Shown: piece by piece, positions 7,249 to 15,020 of the stretch | Numbering within the stretch: position 1 is the first letter of the stretch | Layout of the letters: each line of letters begins with the position of its first letter | Source: a virus | Lineage: Duplodnaviria; Caudoviricetes | DNA: 32,523 bases | Virus record (IMG/VR): IMGVR_UViG_3300031460_000005 | Span: 1 to 32,523 of that record | Strand: one strand, 5' to 3' | Translations under genes and position numbers: made by a program | Notes under the pieces: generated by a model | What the model saw: the letters and a program-made list of their open reading frames with translations, nothing else | What the model was told of the DNA's origin: nothing | Database searches by the model: none

Positions 7249-8904
7249 ATGCCTGATGGTACTAAGGGCGCTGTTATCACGAGCACGCCGACTATACCGG
7301 CGTCCCCCGTAAAGCATGCGGGAGTGGGGAGAACCCCGGCCAGAAAGGTCCGGATTTCCGCATCGGGGAGCGACGAATACGTTGCAGGTAGCCCTCTTAA
7401 CCTCTATAGCGCTTATGCACAGTCGCTCCCCGCCTACATCGATGACATCACGCGTGACCTCGGCCTCGACGTGTACCGCAAGATGCTGTGGGACGACGCG
7501 GTGGCCTCGGCCATCGGCACGCTGCAGAGCGCCGTCCTCGAAGATGGCGCCCACCTCACGTCGGCCATCGCCCAGAAGGACGATTCCGCCTTCGATAAAG
7601 CCGCCACGTACACGGCGGACGCCGAGCGGATGCTGGCCGACCTGGAGACCCCACTGGGCGCGGTGCTGTGGGACATGACGCGGGCGTTTGCCTACGGGCA
7701 CAGGGTCGCCGAGCAGGTCTACGCGCTCGACACCTCGCCCACGACGAAGAAGCGCCAGCTCACGCTGCGCGCGCTCAAGGTGAAGCCGGCCCGCGCCACG
7801 GCCTTCGTCGTGGACCCGTTTAACAACGTCCTCGGGCTCCTGGGTGTCATTCCTGGCGTGGGCCTGCCGGTGCAGCAAGGGACCATGCTGCTGGGCGACC
7901 TGGCGCAGGTCCCGAACCTGATCCCGCGCGAGAAGTTCGCGATCTTGACCATCCGGCCTGAGGACAACGACCCGCGCGGGACCTCCTTGCTACGGCCGGC
8001 CTATTGTGCCTTCTACGACAAAGTGTCATTGGCCCCGGAGTTCATCAAGTTTTTAAGCAGTTTTGGCACGCCGTCGATCGTGGCCCATACGGCCGAGGGA
8101 GCGGGCCTTCAGTACGAGACGGACGTCGTGACGGGGCAGCCGATCACAACCCCTGATCCGGTGACGGGGCTACCCGTGCCGCTGCTGCGCGATCCCCTCC
8201 ACGAGCTGACGCTGGCGTTGACCAACCTGCGCAACAATTCGATTCTGGCGCTCCCATTCGGGGCCGACGCGCGTGTGATCGAGAGCGCCGCCGACGGCTC
8301 GACGTACCTGGAAGCGTTCGATCGTTTGGACCGACGCATCACGCAAGCTATTTTGTACAACACGCTGTCCTCGCTGGAGGGCAAGCACCAGACCCGCGCC
8401 AGTTCGGGGACGCACGAGAACCGCTTCGAGACCCTCGTGAAGCAGCTCAAAGAGTTCGTCACGTCGATGATCCGGCGCGACATCCTGCGCCGCTATCTGA
8501 TCCTCAATTATGGTCAAGAGGCCGCGCGCCTGACGCCGCTGGTGAGCCTGGGCGCGCCGGCCAAAGAGGACAAGACAGAGCGGGGCAAGATGTATGTGGC
8601 GGCGGGCTACCGCGTCGGGCGCTCGCAGTTGGCGAAGATCGACGAGGACCTCGGCGCCCCGGAGCGCGACCCCGACGAAGACCCAATTCCGGCGGGCGAG
8701 ACCGTGCAGTTGAAGGGCGCGGCCGAGGGGGCCGTGGATGAGGCCCCGGCGACCGACGGCGATAAGGCGGATGACGCCGGTAGCGACGGAGGCGATGGAG
8801 GCGACAATGGCGGGGGTGGTGGGACCGGGACGGCGCAACCCGTTAAGGGCAAACGCGCGGCCAAAAGTAAGGCAGGTGTGGGCAAGGGAGGAAGCAGTGG
8901 CTAA
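7249..8904 (+). CDS. Portal protein, DUF935/Mu gp29-like
   Basis: VYRKMLWDDAVASAI, AFAYGHRVAEQVY, PRGTSLLRPAY...FGTP and ITQAILYNTL...GTHEN motifs; position after terminase; AGAGG RBS before ATG 7249. Confidence 0.88.
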   Translation: MPDGTKGAVITSTPTIPASPVKHAGVGRTPARKVRISASGSDEYVAGSPLNLYSAYAQSLPAYIDDITRDLGLDVYRKMLWDDAVASAIGTLQSAVLEDGAHLTSAIAQKDDSAFDKAATYTADAERMLADLETPLGAVLWDMTRAFAYGHRVAEQVYALDTSPTTKKRQLTLRALKVKPARATAFVVDPFNNVLGLLGVIPGVGLPVQQGTMLLGDLAQVPNLIPREKFAILTIRPEDNDPRGTSLLRPAYCAFYDKVSLAPEFIKFLSSFGTPSIVAHTAEGAGLQYETDVVTGQPITTPDPVTGLPVPLLRDPLHELTLALTNLRNNSILALPFGADARVIESAADGSTYLEAFDRLDRRITQAILYNTLSSLEGKHQTRASSGTHENRFETLVKQLKEFVTSMIRRDILRRYLILNYGQEAARLTPLVSLGAPAKEDKTERGKMYVAAGYRVGRSQLAKIDEDLGAPERDPDEDPIPAGETVQLKGAAEGAVDEAPATDGDKADDAGSDGGDGGDNGGGGGTGTAQPVKGKRAAKSKAGVGKGGSSG

Positions 8905-9118
8905 GGACGCTCGGATTGACGAGATCCGCGCCGCCGTGGTGTGCCCCGCGTGCGCCTTCCCGGCCCCGGTCCCGGCCGGGTCATCGGTCGCCGTCTGCCA
9001 GTGGTGTCACGCGGTCATCCGCGTGCCCGTCATCCCGACGTGGCCGCCGGTGGCGCGGACTAGCCCCGACGAGACCCTGACGACGCGGCCAGAGCTGCGT
9101 GTGGAGTCAGAGCCATGA
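8897..9118 (+). CDS. Small zinc-ribbon protein
   Basis: GTG start overlapping the portal stop, GGGAGG RBS; CPAC...CQWC. Confidence 0.6.
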   Translation: MAKDARIDEIRAAVVCPACAFPAPVPAGSSVAVCQWCHAVIRVPVIPTWPPVARTSPDETLTTRPELRVESEP

Positions 9119-9489
9119 TAACGCTGTGTGACCGCGTGTGGGCCGATGGCTTCGAGCGGCGTGTCGCGGCGGCTATCGAGCGGTTGAAGCGGGGCGGGTA
9201 CGTGCCGGTGACGCCGTTAGGGTCACCGCCTCAGGGTGAGCCTGCCCTCGCGCCCGCATCACCACCGCGCTGCTGGCGTTGCGGAACGACAGCGGAGGTG
9301 TCCGCTGTGACCATCCACATAAGCGGCGGGGACGCGCGGCATCACCATCTGTGCTGGACCTGTCGGGTCGCGTTGGGCGCGCTGATCACCCTTTTCTTGA
9401 ATGGGCGTTGTTTCACCAGCAGACCTGGCCCGTACACTCTCACGCCTGGTCCCTATGAGCCGATACTCCATGCGCAGGCAGACCCGTAG
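9115..9489 (+). CDS. Hypothetical Cys4 zinc-finger protein
   Basis: ATGA overlap with the previous gene; CWRC...CWTC. Confidence 0.55.
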   Translation: MITLCDRVWADGFERRVAAAIERLKRGGYVPVTPLGSPPQGEPALAPASPPRCWRCGTTAEVSAVTIHISGGDARHHHLCWTCRVALGALITLFLNGRCFTSRPGPYTLTPGPYEPILHAQADP

Positions 9490-9493
9490 ACCC

Positions 9494-9922
9494 TTAGTCA
9501 CCCCGGATCTGTCTAAGCCCCTCGACCGTATCGAGTTGATCAATCTCAGACTCAACGGGTTGACCGTCGATGGGCGGCGGCGGGTCGATAGGCCAGCCGG
9601 GCCACGCGTTGAAGAGCGCGTCGATGTTGTGCAAGCCATCGTTGGTGTTGGTCGGGTCGATCATCACAGCATCCTCGGTCTCGTGGCCGCGTCCGTCGAT
9701 GAGATGGAGTGATGTCACCAGTCCCGTCGTCAAGCCGACGGCGACAGCGGAGCCATAGATCAGGCGACGCGCGTCATCTGGCCCCACGTACACAGTGGCA
9801 TCCGCGGGATACCCCGCCCCAGGCCAGTGATGCGTGTCGCCGTACGGCTTGACGAGCCCGATCGCGATCACGTCAGGACCGATCTGCTTTTTCGTGGCAA
9901 CAACATACCGCGGTTTGTCCAT
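9494..9922 (-). CDS. Hypothetical protein (weak DUF3892-like resemblance)
   Basis: AGGAGGG RBS and TGATG coupling to the upstream gene; YVVA...DPTNTNDGLHNIDAL pattern. The family call is weak. Confidence 0.6.
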   Translation of the reverse strand: MDKPRYVVATKKQIGPDVIAIGLVKPYGDTHHWPGAGYPADATVYVGPDDARRLIYGSAVAVGLTTGLVTSLHLIDGRGHETEDAVMIDPTNTNDGLHNIDALFNAWPGWPIDPPPPIDGQPVESEIDQLDTVEGLRQIRGD

Positions 9923-10647
9923 CAGTCCCTCCTGAGCGTGTAGAGCCCGCTCGGCTGCAAATCGAACACCAGGGGCGGCGGTTCCGGCGCGAACTCCAGA
10001 CCATCGTCGTCCGACAGCGTGGCGCTGTCGTCGCCCCCATACATCGGCGCGGCCTCGAAGAGCGCGCGGATCTCGCGCGCGGATAGGGCGTCCAGATCGA
10101 GGTCGTCGGGCCAGTCGATGGTGGCGACGTACACGAAGAGGCCATGCGGATCAGTGTTATCATCGTCCATAACCAATTCGACGTTCCCCTGTAGCAGGTT
10201 GAGCGTGCAGGTGTGCTCGTCGTAGAAGTACCGCTGACCATAGCCCACTTTATCTGAGGCGAGGCGACGGCCGGAAACGATGAGACGCCCGGCGTCAGTC
10301 ACCGGGAAATAGAGCATCGTCAGCGTGTCCACATGGTCATAGGCGGGATCGCGCTCCACCGCGACGCGGGGGACGATGTTGCCGGGCTTCAGGGCGGGCC
10401 AGAGATCCTCGTACGTCACGGTGACACGGTAGCCCGCGCCGCAGTCGTCACAGACCCACGGCCCGACGGACTGTGAGCGACCGCGATACCGGATCTTGTC
10501 CTCCTCGCTGTAGAGGTGGTCGATGCGCCCGGCCTTTTCGCCGCACGCGGGGCAGGCGACATACAGGCGCATCTCAGCGATGATCCGGGCGCCGCTCGGC
10601 TCTATCACCGGCCGCGTCAGGTCGATGGTCGCATCATCGTCAGTCAT
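9922..10647 (-). CDS. Hypothetical zinc-ribbon protein with acidic tail
   Basis: Start MTDDD at 10647 overlaps the upstream gene end; CPAC...CDDC and FYDEHTC; GC3-rich codons on - strand. Confidence 0.7.
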   Translation of the reverse strand: MTDDDATIDLTRPVIEPSGARIIAEMRLYVACPACGEKAGRIDHLYSEEDKIRYRGRSQSVGPWVCDDCGAGYRVTVTYEDLWPALKPGNIVPRVAVERDPAYDHVDTLTMLYFPVTDAGRLIVSGRRLASDKVGYGQRYFYDEHTCTLNLLQGNVELVMDDDNTDPHGLFVYVATIDWPDDLDLDALSAREIRALFEAAPMYGGDDSATLSDDDGLEFAPEPPPLVFDLQPSGLYTLRRD

Positions 10648-10894
10648 TCGTTGCGTTCCCCGCACTCTCCGGGAGCGTCGCCCGCATGCGCGCCTGCCCC
10701 CGCTCGCTCTGCCAGTAGGCCCATTCCTGGCGGCTGGACGCCACCTGCATCCCGCGCGCGTCGGGGTGTGGCCGGAAGTGGACGCTCCACGCGGCGCCCA
10801 CCATGGCACCGCCGTACAGGCACGACACCTGGCACACGGCTAGGCCGGCGGCCTGTATCGCGCGGGCCAATTCCACCGCATCGTCGAAGCTCAT
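10640..10894 (-). CDS. Hypothetical protein
   Basis: AAAGGGGG RBS and ATGA overlap with 10891-11154. Confidence 0.6.
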   Translation of the reverse strand: MSFDDAVELARAIQAAGLAVCQVSCLYGGAMVGAAWSVHFRPHPDARGMQVASSRQEWAYWQSERGQARMRATLPESAGNATND

Positions 10895-11154
10895 CGGTCC
10901 CCCTTTCGCTCGAAACACCAGCGCGTCGTCATCCCGTCGCGCTGCTCCACCAGGACCGCCTCGTCGGGAGCGATGGTGGTGTGCAGGAAGTAGGCGGCGG
11001 CCATCGCCTCGATGTAGCCACGCCGTTGGTCGAGCTGCGCGGTGACGCCCTCATGGAACGCGGCAATCGCCGCGTCGAGCGCGTCCAGGGACGTTTGTTC
11101 GGCCTCGCCAATCGGCCGGCTATAGCCGCGTTGCAGCAGCGGGATGTTGTCCAT
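10891..11154 (-). CDS. Hypothetical protein, first gene of the antisense operon
   Basis: Purine-rich GAGGAGGAGAGGG leader before ATG; GATACT -10-like box at 11181-11186 on - strand. Confidence 0.65.
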   Translation of the reverse strand: MDNIPLLQRGYSRPIGEAEQTSLDALDAAIAAFHEGVTAQLDQRRGYIEAMAAAYFLHTTIAPDEAVLVEQRDGMTTRWCFERKGDR

Positions 11155-11216
11155 AATCCCTCTCCTCCTCTCCTGTCCACAGTATCACCGATGCGTCTTG
11201 TCATGAGGAGGCCTGC

Positions 11217-12896
11217 ATGAGCGTCCTGAACGCCATCACGAGCGCGACGTGGGCGATCGAACCCGCGAGCCTGGCACGCATTATTGGCATCGTCGAGGAC
11301 CACGCCACGCTCTCGAAAGAGGAGTGGGACGAGCGCCTGACCATTGTCGAGAAGCAGCGCGGCCGGCCGCTCTCGAACGAGCGCAAGGGCGTCACGATGC
11401 GCGACGGCGGCGTGGCCACCATCGAGGTCGTCGGCCCGATCGTGCGGCGCGCCGACCTCTTCTCGCAGGTCAGCGGCATGACCAGTATCGACACGCTGGC
11501 CAAAGACTTTGGCGCGGCCATGGACGACCGCGCCGTCAAGGCGATCGTGCTCGCGATCGACAGCCCCGGCGGCGAGGTGACCGGCGTCGCCGAGTTTGCC
11601 GACATGATCCGGGGCGCGCGCTCCGGCCCCACCACCAAACCTGTCGTCGCCTACGTCGGGGGTATGGCCGCCTCGGCAGGCTACTGGCTCGCCAGCGCGG
11701 CCGAGCGCGTCGTGTGCGACTCCACCGCCCTCCTGGGCTCCATCGGCGTCGTGCAGGCCGTCCGCGACCCCTCGCGTGATCGCGGCGGCACGATTGAGTT
11801 CGTCAGCAGTCAGAGCCCGCACAAGCGGCCGGACCCGACGACGGGGACCGGCGCGGCGCAGATCCAGAACGTGGTGGACGCGATGGCTGGCGTGTTCGTC
11901 GCGGCCGTCGCCCGCAACCGCGACGTGTCGGAGGAGACCGTGCTCGCCGACTTCGGCGGCGGCGGGCTGTTCGTGGGCCAGGCGGCGGTCGCGGCGGGCC
12001 TGGCCGATCGCGTCGGCAGCTACGAGTCGGTGATCGCCGACCTCGCGGCGGGCCGGCTGCCGGAGAAGGCTCCGCCCGCATCGAACGATGGGACGACTCA
12101 GCCCGCTCTCCCGAGCGGATCGCTACCAATCGCCGCCCGGATTGATGGACGGGCGACGAGCGCGTTAGGAGCGGCCAGTGGCCGCATTGCAGCAGGACAA
12201 GGAGACACACGAGTTATGGCAACTACGAAAACGACCGACGACGCCAGCGAGCAGCCCGCGGGCGCCACCGAGACCGCGCCACCGACGGCCGGCGCGGCGA
12301 GCCCCCAGACCCAGGCGCAGGCCGCGAACGCACACGCCCAGGCCGCGGCCCAGGCGCAGGCCGATCACGCGCAGCGTCAGCAGATGGCGGCGCTGGAGGC
12401 GCGGCTGGCCGAGAGCGAGACCAGGAACGCGGCCGCCGCGGCGCAGATCGCGCGCATCAACGCCGAGCGCATCCAGGATCAGGCCGTCGCCTTCGCCGAG
12501 AGTGAGCTGCTGGCCGGCCGCGCCACGCCGGCCGAGGCCGAGCCTCTCGTGGCCCTGTACGCGCAGGCCGCGCACGACGACGCCGAGCGCCCCGCCGCCG
12601 CCCTGGGGGAGGGGAAGAGCCGCGTGTCGCACCTCAAGGCCACGCAGGCGCTCCGCGCGCCGCACGGCCTGACGCAGGAGCAGCTCGACGCGACCCAGGA
12701 CGGCGCGGCCGCCGCGGCCGCGTTCGACCCCTCGAAGCTGCGCGCGCTCGCGACGCCGGCGACCGTCGCGCCTGTGACGACGCGCGACGAGAAGCCGAAG
12801 GCGGCGGCGGACGTGTCCGAGGATCGCAAGACGGCCTTGCTCAACAAGAGCCAGGTCGGGCGCACCGCCGCCCAGGCCCGCGCCGCCACCAAATAG
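11217..12896 (+). CDS. S49-family prohead protease fused to scaffold (lambda C-like)
   Basis: IDSPGGEV, MAASAGYWLASAA and GSIGV S49 motifs, then an Ala/Gln-rich coiled-coil C-terminus; GAGGAGG RBS. Confidence 0.93.
   Translation: MSVLNAITSATWAIEPASLARIIGIVEDHATLSKEEWDERLTIVEKQRGRPLSNERKGVTMRDGGVATIEVVGPIVRRADLFSQVSGMTSIDTLAKDFGAAMDDRAVKAIVLAIDSPGGEVTGVAEFADMIRGARSGPTTKPVVAYVGGMAASAGYWLASAAERVVCDSTALLGSIGVVQAVRDPSRDRGGTIEFVSSQSPHKRPDPTTGTGAAQIQNVVDAMAGVFVAAVARNRDVSEETVLADFGGGGLFVGQAAVAAGLADRVGSYESVIADLAAGRLPEKAPPASNDGTTQPALPSGSLPIAARIDGRATSALGAASGRIAAGQGDTRVMATTKTTDDASEQPAGATETAPPTAGAASPQTQAQAANAHAQAAAQAQADHAQRQQMAALEARLAESETRNAAAAAQIARINAERIQDQAVAFAESELLAGRATPAEAEPLVALYAQAAHDDAERPAAALGEGKSRVSHLKATQALRAPHGLTQEQLDATQDGAAAAAAFDPSKLRALATPATVAPVTTRDEKPKAAADVSEDRKTALLNKSQVGRTAAQARAATK
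12216..12896 (+). CDS. Probable nested in-frame scaffold protein (lambda Nu3-like)
   Basis: Internal AAGGAG (12199-12204) before in-frame ATG 12216 (MATTKTTDD), with a local dip in GC typical of a translation start. Confidence 0.65.
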   Translation: MATTKTTDDASEQPAGATETAPPTAGAASPQTQAQAANAHAQAAAQAQADHAQRQQMAALEARLAESETRNAAAAAQIARINAERIQDQAVAFAESELLAGRATPAEAEPLVALYAQAAHDDAERPAAALGEGKSRVSHLKATQALRAPHGLTQEQLDATQDGAAAAAAFDPSKLRALATPATVAPVTTRDEKPKAAADVSEDRKTALLNKSQVGRTAAQARAATK

Positions 12897-13014
12897 CGCT
12901 CTCGCCCCCACTCCCATCTCATCGCCGCAGCCGTTGTTGTTGTCGCAGCCATCGCCATCTCGCTAGCCGGTCCCCGACCACACCCGACCGGACCGGAGAG
13001 GACAGGACACAGTT

Positions 13015-13434
13015 ATGCCGCTACAGCCGACCGCTATCTGGTCGAGGACGCGCCTCGATCCCGTGATCAACCCACGCGAGGCCGTGGCCTCGATGATCCA
13101 GGCCACGCTCCCCCCCAATGTCAGCTATCCGCAGGGCCAACTGTTGGGAGAAGTGACGGCCACGCCCGGCACGTACAAGGCGTACGTCCCCGGCGCCGCC
13201 GTCGCCGACGGCAGCCAGAACCCCACCGCCATCCTGCAGTACCCCTGCGTGACCGACGCCAACGGGAACGTGACGAACATCGGTGAGTGGGGTTACCCCG
13301 AGCCGTCGACCCCGGTGTTTACGCAGGGCTATTTCCGCTGCCAGGAGCTGACCGGCCTCGACGCCAACGCGGTCACCAAAATGGGTGGTCGCCTTGTCGA
13401 GGGCAGCGTCACCACGGGCCTGTTCCGGTTCTAA
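13015..13434 (+). CDS. Head decoration protein (lambda gpD-like)
   Basis: GQLLGEVTATPGTY...DGSQNPTAIL...GYF motif; lies between protease and capsid. Confidence 0.85.
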   Translation: MPLQPTAIWSRTRLDPVINPREAVASMIQATLPPNVSYPQGQLLGEVTATPGTYKAYVPGAAVADGSQNPTAILQYPCVTDANGNVTNIGEWGYPEPSTPVFTQGYFRCQELTGLDANAVTKMGGRLVEGSVTTGLFRF

Positions 13435-13447
13435 CCAGGGCGGGCGT

Positions 13448-13482
13448 GTCGGGTGTGTCGCGTTCATTGTGAGACACCCGAC
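13448..13482 (+). other. Intergenic hairpin between decoration and capsid genes
   Basis: GTCGGGTGTGTCGCG / TGTGAGACACCCGAC, 15-bp stem with one mismatch and two G-U pairs; no U-tract. Confidence 0.5.
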
Positions 13483-13580
13483 CGCCGTCGTCCTCGTCCC
13501 TTTCCCCTTATCGCGTCGTCTCACCCTCGCGCCGTGTGGCTATCGAGGGTCTCGTTCCACCAGAACCAGGAGATCGCCAC

Positions 13581-14600
13581 ATGGCAGTGGATTATTTGTA
13601 TCCCGACTCGATCGAGCTGCGCGCCATCGAGCAGGACAAGATTGCCCGCCTCACGCAGGACCGCCCCATCTTCGAGATCTTTCCCGTCCGCGAGGTCGAC
13701 GACTGGGTCATCGCCTGGGAACAATTAGACAACTACCGCGGCCTGCAGCAGTTGCGCGGCCTCAACGGCGCGCCGCCCAAGGTCACCAAGACGGGCTCCA
13801 AGCGCTACACGGAAGAGCCCGGCGTCTACGGCGAGTTCGAGGAGATCGACGAGCGCGAGTTGACGCGCCGCCGCCGCATCGGCACGCTGGGCCAGCCCGT
13901 CGATATCGAGGATCTGGTCGTGCAGGCGCAGGACAAGCTCATCGGGCGTCGCCTTGATCGTATCGAGTCGATTGGCTGGACGCTGCTCGCCGCCGGCCTC
14001 TTCTCCGTTCCCTCGGTCTCCGGCGCCATCGCCCACACCGCCGCGTACCAGATGCAGCAGTACGCCCCAACCGTGCCCTGGGCGACCTCCGCCACGGCGT
14101 CGCCCCTGATGGACTTCCGCAACGTCAAGCTGCTCGGCCGCGGCCACTCGGTCGTGTTCGACCGCACGGCCAAAGCCTACATGAACAGCTCGACGGCCAA
14201 CCGGCTCTACAGCAACCAGAACTCGGCCGACCTGTACGGGCGGCGCACGATGGGCCTGGGCACGTACAACAGCCCGGAGCAGATCAACCAACTGCTGTTG
14301 GGCGACAACCTGCCGCAGATCGTCGAGTACGACGAGACGTATCAGGACGAGACGAACGCTTTCCAGTTGTTTATCCCGATCGGCACGGTCGTCCTGGTCG
14401 GCCGGCGCCCCAGCGGCGTCCCCGTCGGCGAGTACATTATGACGCGCAACGTCAACAACCCGAGCGGTGAGCCCGGCGCGTATACGCGCACGATCGACCG
14501 CGGCGAGAACACCGTGCCCCGGTCCATCGAGGTACATGATGGTCACAATGGAGGTCCTACACTTCAATATGGTAGTGCTGTAGTAAGAATGACCGTTTAG
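13581..14600 (+). CDS. Major capsid protein (lambda gpE-like)
   Basis: 339 aa, follows the D-like gene; RRLDRIESIGWTLL and WATSATASPLMDF motifs; AGGAG RBS before ATG 13581. Confidence 0.9.
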   Translation: MAVDYLYPDSIELRAIEQDKIARLTQDRPIFEIFPVREVDDWVIAWEQLDNYRGLQQLRGLNGAPPKVTKTGSKRYTEEPGVYGEFEEIDERELTRRRRIGTLGQPVDIEDLVVQAQDKLIGRRLDRIESIGWTLLAAGLFSVPSVSGAIAHTAAYQMQQYAPTVPWATSATASPLMDFRNVKLLGRGHSVVFDRTAKAYMNSSTANRLYSNQNSADLYGRRTMGLGTYNSPEQINQLLLGDNLPQIVEYDETYQDETNAFQLFIPIGTVVLVGRRPSGVPVGEYIMTRNVNNPSGEPGAYTRTIDRGENTVPRSIEVHDGHNGGPTLQYGSAVVRMTV

Positions 14601-14611
14601 ACCCCTTTTAA

Positions 14612-14641
14612 GCGTGAAAAGTTAACATTGACTTTTAACGC
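14612..14641. promoter_or_regulatory. AT-rich inverted repeat after the capsid gene
   Basis: GCGTGAAAAGTTAA-CA-TTGACTTTTAACGC, 12/14 symmetric. Confidence 0.5.
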
Positions 14642-14663
14642 ATTGCCGTGAGGAGATGAGGAT

Positions 14664-14960
14664 ATGGCCACGGCCATCTATAAAATCTTGCAGCCGACGG
14701 GGCCGCATGCGGTCGATGAGATCGTCGAGGTGACCGACGCGGACCGGGAGCGCGGCGTGGACCCCGACTGGCTCGTGCGCATCGGGCACATCGAGCCCTA
14801 CAAGCCCGCGAAAACAGAGGGGACCACGCCCGTCGATGTGTCGGCGGACCCCGACCGCAACGCCACGGCGATCCCGGCCGTGCAGGGCGATCCCCTGCGC
14901 TCTGAGAACCCGCCCACGCTGCCCCAGGCGGGCGTGTCCGACACCACGACACCCGCCTAG
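14664..14960 (+). CDS. Small capsid-adjacent protein
   Basis: GAGGA RBS; WLVRIGHIEP motif plus low-complexity tail, as often seen right after capsid genes. Confidence 0.75.
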   Translation: MATAIYKILQPTGPHAVDEIVEVTDADRERGVDPDWLVRIGHIEPYKPAKTEGTTPVDVSADPDRNATAIPAVQGDPLRSENPPTLPQAGVSDTTTPA

Positions 14961-15020
14961 ACCAGCGCGTCGCGTCGCGCCCGGCGGAAGCGGAGGCGGA
15001 GGCGGAGGAGAGAGGACCAC

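Larger units (their letters stand above)
5980..7420 (-). mobile_element. Antisense HNH homing-endonuclease cassette carrying a replacement portal 5' end
   Basis: Bounded by the duplicated portal peptide (offset 1441 bp); lower GC than flanks; contains HNH gene, passenger gene, AT-rich divergent intergenic region and recoded portal start. Confidence 0.8.

Noticed and set aside
5980-7420. Group I/II intron or intein in the portal gene
   Set aside because: The insert is almost fully occupied by antisense ORFs, leaving no room for a ribozyme core. The upstream frame stops, and the downstream copy has its own RBS and duplicated N-terminus, so splicing is unnecessary.
5980-7420. Insertion sequence with target-site duplication
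   Set aside because: No transposase or terminal inverted repeats. The duplication is conserved in protein but diverged in DNA, unlike a TSD.
5931-7422. Diversity-generating retroelement TR/VR pair
   Set aside because: Differences are mostly synonymous third positions rather than adenine-specific, and no reverse transcriptase is present in the window.
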